Shown here: piece by piece, positions 49,970-64,000 of the stretch
How positions within the stretch are numbered: position 1 is the stretch's first letter
How the letters are laid out: each line of letters begins with the position of its first letter
NCBI RefSeq assembly: GCF_009914755.1
Contig: NC_060933.1
DNA length: 64,000 nt
DNA from: the human T2T-CHM13v2.0 reference genome, Homo sapiens
Reading direction: 5' to 3' (one strand)
Translations under genes and position numbers: made by a program
Notes under the pieces: generated by a model
The model's input: the letters and a program-made list of their open reading frames with translations, nothing else
Database searches by the model: none
What the model was told of the DNA's origin: nothing

Positions 49970-50541
49970 GAATGCTAATCCAGTTATCCCCTGCTACATA
50001 ACTTAGTGGCTTAAAACAATCTTTTATTGTGCTCATGAATCTGCAATTTGGGTAGAGTTTGACAGGAACAACTCATCTCTGCTCTACATATAAACACTAC
50101 ATAAGCACTCATTAGGGCACTGTGATGGGGAACTAGAAGATTAGGATCTGCTTTTAGGACAGCTCACTCACATGGCTGGCAAGCTGATCCCAGATGTCAG
50201 CTGGGAGCTCAGCTGGGGCTGAGAGTCAGGAGCTTCAGTTTCCCTCTTACACAGGCCACTCCTAGTTGCTTGGGCTCCTCACATAGTAGCCAGATTCCAA
50301 AAGTGACACTCCAGAGAGAAAGTTAGAAATCCATGGCATTTTTATAACCTAGCCCTAAACGTGACACGTCGTTTGAGCCATGCTCTACTGGTAAAGGCAT
50401 TTACAAAAGTCTGCTCTGGTTAAGAGACTGAGACACAGGCTTCACCACTAGATGGGAGGAGTGTGAAGATGACATTGTAGGTAGAACATGTAAAATGAAC
50501 GATACTGCTGTAGACACATTTGGCAAATACAATCTGTCATA
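49970..50541 (-). mobile_element. MLT1 (G/H-like) LTR
   Basis: acttagtggcttaaaacaa...ctcactcacatggctggcaag...aaatacaatctgtcata. Confidence 0.75.
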
Positions 50542-50729
50542 CCAATACATTGGTTGTATGCCAGAATATACCAAAGTTGACTTTTTGTTAATAGTATTTA
50601 TTGGTTTTTATTAAGTAGAGTTTTCCTGTAAAAAACAAGGAGTAAAGAGATTAAAGACAATAACCTGGAGTTTCTCCTCCCCATGATGAAATGAATTCAA
50701 TGGCCTACAAGTAATTATCCTCAGAGTCA

Positions 50730-54151
<3,422 letters not shown>

Positions 54152-54554
54152 CTAACTGCCACTTTGCAGGATTTTAGGAAACCACGTGTGAGCACCTTCA
54201 ACATGCACTCCCCGTCTAGAAAAGAATTTCCAGGACACTGTCAAACAGGCACACATGCCTTCCAGGCCAGGAGAATATATGGAGAGAGAACTTAGGAGAA
54301 AGAAACCCCAAATGCAAAATAAGAATACAAACAGTGGTGCCTAGCCTTAGAGTAAAATGTTTCCAAAACAGCTGCCAAGTTTATGAAAACCCAAGCACCT
54401 CTCCTTTTGCTTGGTTTGTCATGAAGATAGCCATTTCATGACAGACTGCGTCAATGCAGAGAATTAAGCCAGTAATGCAGAAGTTCTCAGAGATTAGGAG
54501 CACTCTGAAAAACCTGAAATGAGACAAAAGTAAGGCAATAAAAGACTAGGCTTA

Positions 54555-55111
54555 TATATTAGTCAGGGCTCTCCAGAGAAACAGAATCAACAGGAGAGAG
54601 ACAGAGGTAGAGGTAGAGAGACAGAGACAGAGGTATATATATTTAAAAAGATATTTATTAAAAGGAATTGGCTCATGCAATTATGGAGGCTGAAAAGTCC
54701 CAAGATTGTCAGTCAGTAAGCTAGAGACCCAAGAGAGCCTATGGTCTAGTTGCAGTCCAAGTCTAAAGGCCTGAGAACCAAGGGAATCAATGGCGCAAGT
54801 TCCAATACAACAGCTACCATGCTCAAGAGCCAAAGTTTTGGTTCAAGTCCAAAGGCAGGAAAACACTGATGTCCCAGCTCAAGGAGTCAGGCAGGAGAAG
54901 CTCCCTCTTGCTCAGTCTTTTTGTTCTAGCCAGGTCTTCAAATGATTGGATGAGGCTCACCCAGACTCGGAAGGGTATCCGTTTTACTCAATCACTTCAA
55001 ATATTAATTTCATCCAGAAACATCCTCACAGACACACCTAAGATAATGTTTGACCAAATGTCTGGGCACTCAGTGGCCCAGTCAAGTTGACACATAAAAT
55101 GAACCATCATA
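54555..55111 (-). mobile_element. MLT2B-type ERVL solo LTR
   Basis: tatattagtcagggctctccagagaaacagaa...cccagtcaagttgacacataaaatgaaccatcata. Confidence 0.88.
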
Positions 55112-55294
55112 ACTGACTTGGCTCTATTTTGCCCACTCTTCCCAAAAAGCCAAGAAAAGGGGTTGAAAAAGAGTTTAAAGCCTGGTGAGAGAGAGCAGGC
55201 AGAAGAAAACTGACTCTTCACTGGATAACTACCTTACGGCCCTTCCCTTAACAAGGCAAACAAGAGCAGAGGACTACCTCCCAATCTGTGTGGG

Positions 55295-56193
<899 letters not shown>

Positions 56194-56232
56194 GATAGCT
56201 GCTTCCAAAACACACACACATATTCTCTCTCT

Positions 56233-56250
56233 CATGCATGCGTGCGTACA

Positions 56251-56293
<43 letters not shown>
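56233..56293. repeat. (CA)n microsatellite preceded by alternating purine/pyrimidine sequence
   Basis: catgcatgcgtgcgtacacgt(ac)~19. Confidence 0.95.
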
Positions 56294-56449
56294 TCTCTCT
56301 CTTTGTCCATCAGAAACCTATACAGGATAAGAGAAATCTTAGCTGGACATTGAGCCCCTTGGGTACAATGAAGCCAGTGCTGGAAGAAAGGAGACTCTCC
56401 AAGGAAAATCACAGATTCACATAACTCAGCCCTTGTGAAGCCAGGACAA

Positions 56450-56732
56450 TGAGTCAAGCTGTTGGCTTGGACTATAGTCATCCTCAAGGCTCAACTAGAG
56501 TAGGAGGATCCCTGTTCAAGCTCACTTTTCTGAGCCAGTCATGTGGCTGCCAGCAGGCCTCAGAAGATCTACATCCAAGCTAGCTGTTGTGGTTGCTGGC
56601 AGGCCTCACTTCCTCACCACATGGCCCTCCCCATGGGCTGCCTGGGTGGCTGTCTTCACAACATGGCAAGTGCCTTCCCTCTATGCAGTGCTGCCTCATA
56701 CCATGGAGTTAGCCTCCCCCAAAGTGAGTTGG

Positions 56733-56778
<46 letters not shown>

Positions 56779-56909
56779 ACACACATGCAAGGCAGAAGTC
56801 AGAGAGAGAGAGACAGAACACACATGCAAGGCAGAAGCCAGTTTTTTTAAAACCCAATCTGAGCTAGCCAGCTAGCCTCCCGCAAAGTGAGGTGGGTGGG
56901 TGGGTGTGG

Positions 56910-56947
<38 letters not shown>

Positions 56948-57140
56948 ACACACATGCAAGGCAGAAACCAGTCTTTTAAAAACCCAATCTGGGAAGAGAC
57001 ATCTCATCACTTCTCCTGTGTTCTATTCACTAGAAGTGCATCGCTAAGTCCAGCCCACACTCAAGGGAGGAGAATTCAGCTCCATCTTTTAAAGAAGGGA
57101 AAATCAAATCATTTTTGGATAGATCATTAAGTCCCACTAC
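56450..57140 (-). mobile_element. MLT1 (F-like) LTR with internal tandem duplication and (GT)n(GA)n repeats
   Basis: ggcaggcctcacttcctcaccacatgg, tcacaacatggca, ttctattcactagaagtgcatcgctaagtccagcccacactcaaggg. Confidence 0.72.
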
Positions 57141-57747
57141 AGGGACTAGAATTACTGATGAAAATATAAGTAGCCAGATAAGTTATTAAGACATCAATGG
57201 ATGTTTTATTATCATGGTACTTCCCAATCCCCAAGATGATAGTCCTATTTGCTTCTTTGCCTCAAGGGAGGTTTGTGCATGTTTTCTGAAAATATGAACT
57301 CCTTGAGGAGATTATACTGAGGGAAGAAGGGTAGAACAATGAGTGCCTTTGGCGGGAGCTGGGGGTTAGGTAGAAATAAGAAGAAAAATGGGAGCAATTT
57401 ATCTGAGAAGAAGGAATTCCTTCAGAATCCACAAAAAGGGAACCTGCAACCCCACGTCCTAGCAGTGCCCAAGTCCTCAGAGAGAAATGGGCATGTGTTG
57501 TACCAAGCAAAGCTGAAGCCTGTACATCAGAATCCCCAGGCTTCAACGCCTCATATCCTCTTAGACAATGTGCTCAGTCACATCCAGCACAGGCTGAAAA
57601 TCAACCTTCCACCCTTCTCCTGGTACCTCAAAAGCCTATTAGAGTCTCACATAACTCTAAGGAGGGGTGGATCTCTATTATTAATCACTGAGATTGTATT
57701 TCTAACCAGTTTGGTAGAATTGAGGGGGAGAAGGTCCCAGGGCAGAA

Positions 57748-57872
57748 TTTTTTTTTTTTTTTTTGAGACGGGTTCTCATTATGTTGCCCAGGCTAGTCTG
57801 AGCTCAAACTACGCTCTCACCTCAGAATCCCAAAGTGCTGGGGTTACAGGTACGAGCCACCACACCTGCCCC
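57748..57872 (-). mobile_element. FLAM/Alu monomer
   Basis: T-tail plus monomer; flanks agggcagaattt. Confidence 0.85.
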
Positions 57873-58067
57873 CAAGGGCAGAATTTGATTTCATTTAAAG
57901 GAATTAAAATATTGTTAATACTTTTTGCTTACCTGATTTCATGAGGTAAGATTCATATGTGCTATACAGTCAATTAATGTACTAACCTATGGATATCTTT
58001 TGCAAATAAGTAATATTGGTGGTTTCAAAGAAAGTTCCAAACAAGCTGCTCCATTTAAGATTTTTCC

Positions 58068-61435
<3,368 letters not shown>

Positions 61436-61464
61436 CAAACAGATATTTTTTTAAAAAATTATTA

Positions 61465-61890
<426 letters not shown>

Positions 61891-62428
61891 CTATGAGCTC
61901 TTTTTGAATGCCCTTGAAAATCACTGCTTAACTCTTCTAGGTTTCATTCTTGAGTAAAATATTACCGTGAAAATGCTGCATACACTGACCATGCTATCTT
62001 GGCCCTGCAGAGTCTGCTTTCACAGAACTGAATTTTAGCTTTATGCCCTAGGATTTCACTGACCATGCTACAAGAAATGGCTTTACCAAAACCACTGCAT
62101 TTGCTGTACGGATGTTGCTGAGGCAAACCTACCATGAGCTCTGTAACTCTAGAATAGTCCTGTGTTTCAGTGTAGATTAGAAAAATGTTCTAGTTTTCCA
62201 AGAAACTACCTTCAGAACCTGTTTCTCAGCAAAGAGTACAGAGATCTAAACTCCTGGAGATAAACACTACCTGTCTGACGGCTACCTACAGAAATACCCT
62301 GCAGTGGACAGATTAACACTGCAGAGAAAGAGATAACACCCAAAAGACAGAAAGCAGTTTGGTCTATTTTTACACCGTGTTACTGTACGTTCTATTTCTT
62401 TGCATTTCACTCAACATGCTTTCGCTAG

Positions 62429-62753
<325 letters not shown>

Positions 62754-63028
62754 ATTGGATTACAGGTGTGATCCAATGGATCAATGAGCCAATGATCCAT
62801 TCCATTCATTTGCATGACTTGGATCACCACGTGTTTGCTGAATGCTTTAAAATCTATACCTGAAGCCGTTATCTTGCTTCTCTGCAAAACACCCATATTT
62901 TTAACCGCCTGGTTAAAGACAGTTCATTGAAGCACCTTACGCTCCATATAGCCAAAATAAACTCATGTTCTTACCGTCCCAAACTTGCTCTTGCTCCTGT
63001 GTCTGCTGTCTCAATTAAAAGCATTCTC

Positions 63029-64000
<972 letters not shown>

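Noticed and set aside
54395-54530. Minus-strand acceptor cttttgtctcatttcag
   Set aside because: Only a weak donor (GAG|GTGCTT) follows; insufficient support for an exon.
57339-57944. 201-aa + strand ORF
   Set aside because: No recognisable protein similarity, runs through a poly-T tract and FLAM, no promoter or splice context.
57925-57952. Two strong opposing splice donors (minus CAG|GTAAGC, plus GAG|GTAAGA)
   Set aside because: No convincing minus-strand acceptor upstream; the + option relies only on a FLAM cryptic acceptor.

Overview
Primate (very probably human) genomic DNA with no recognisable protein-coding gene, CpG-island promoter, tRNA/rRNA or CRISPR array. It is dominated by interspersed repeats: many dozens of Alu copies and fragments (AluJ/S/Y, FLAM), a full-length THE1 MaLR provirus, several solo LTRs (THE1, MST, MLT1, MLT2, LTR16), old L1/L2/MIR fragments, hAT DNA transposons, one SVA and a 3'-truncated U2 snRNA retrocopy. 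Nearly all ORFs in the supplied track are translations of these repeats. The orientation of the LTRs/SVA, the A-rich look of unique + strand DNA and one well-formed 39-nt minus-strand exon candidate (47278-47316) suggest a large intron of a minus-strand gene, which I could not identify. I found no evidence of a wholly new biological system. The most notable observations are mechanistic footprints: an SVA carrying an apparent ~80-bp 3' transduction, a tailless U2 retrocopy with TSD, a patchwork templated insertion at an Alu 5' junction, a very young AluYc1-like insertion, a THE1 internal ORF with ~265 uninterrupted codons, a THE1 LTR with an intact DUX4-type motif, and MaLR LTRs inserted inside AluJ/FLAM elements. 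Repeat subfamily names come from recalled consensus sequences and need RepeatMasker/Dfam confirmation; boundaries of old repeats are approximate.
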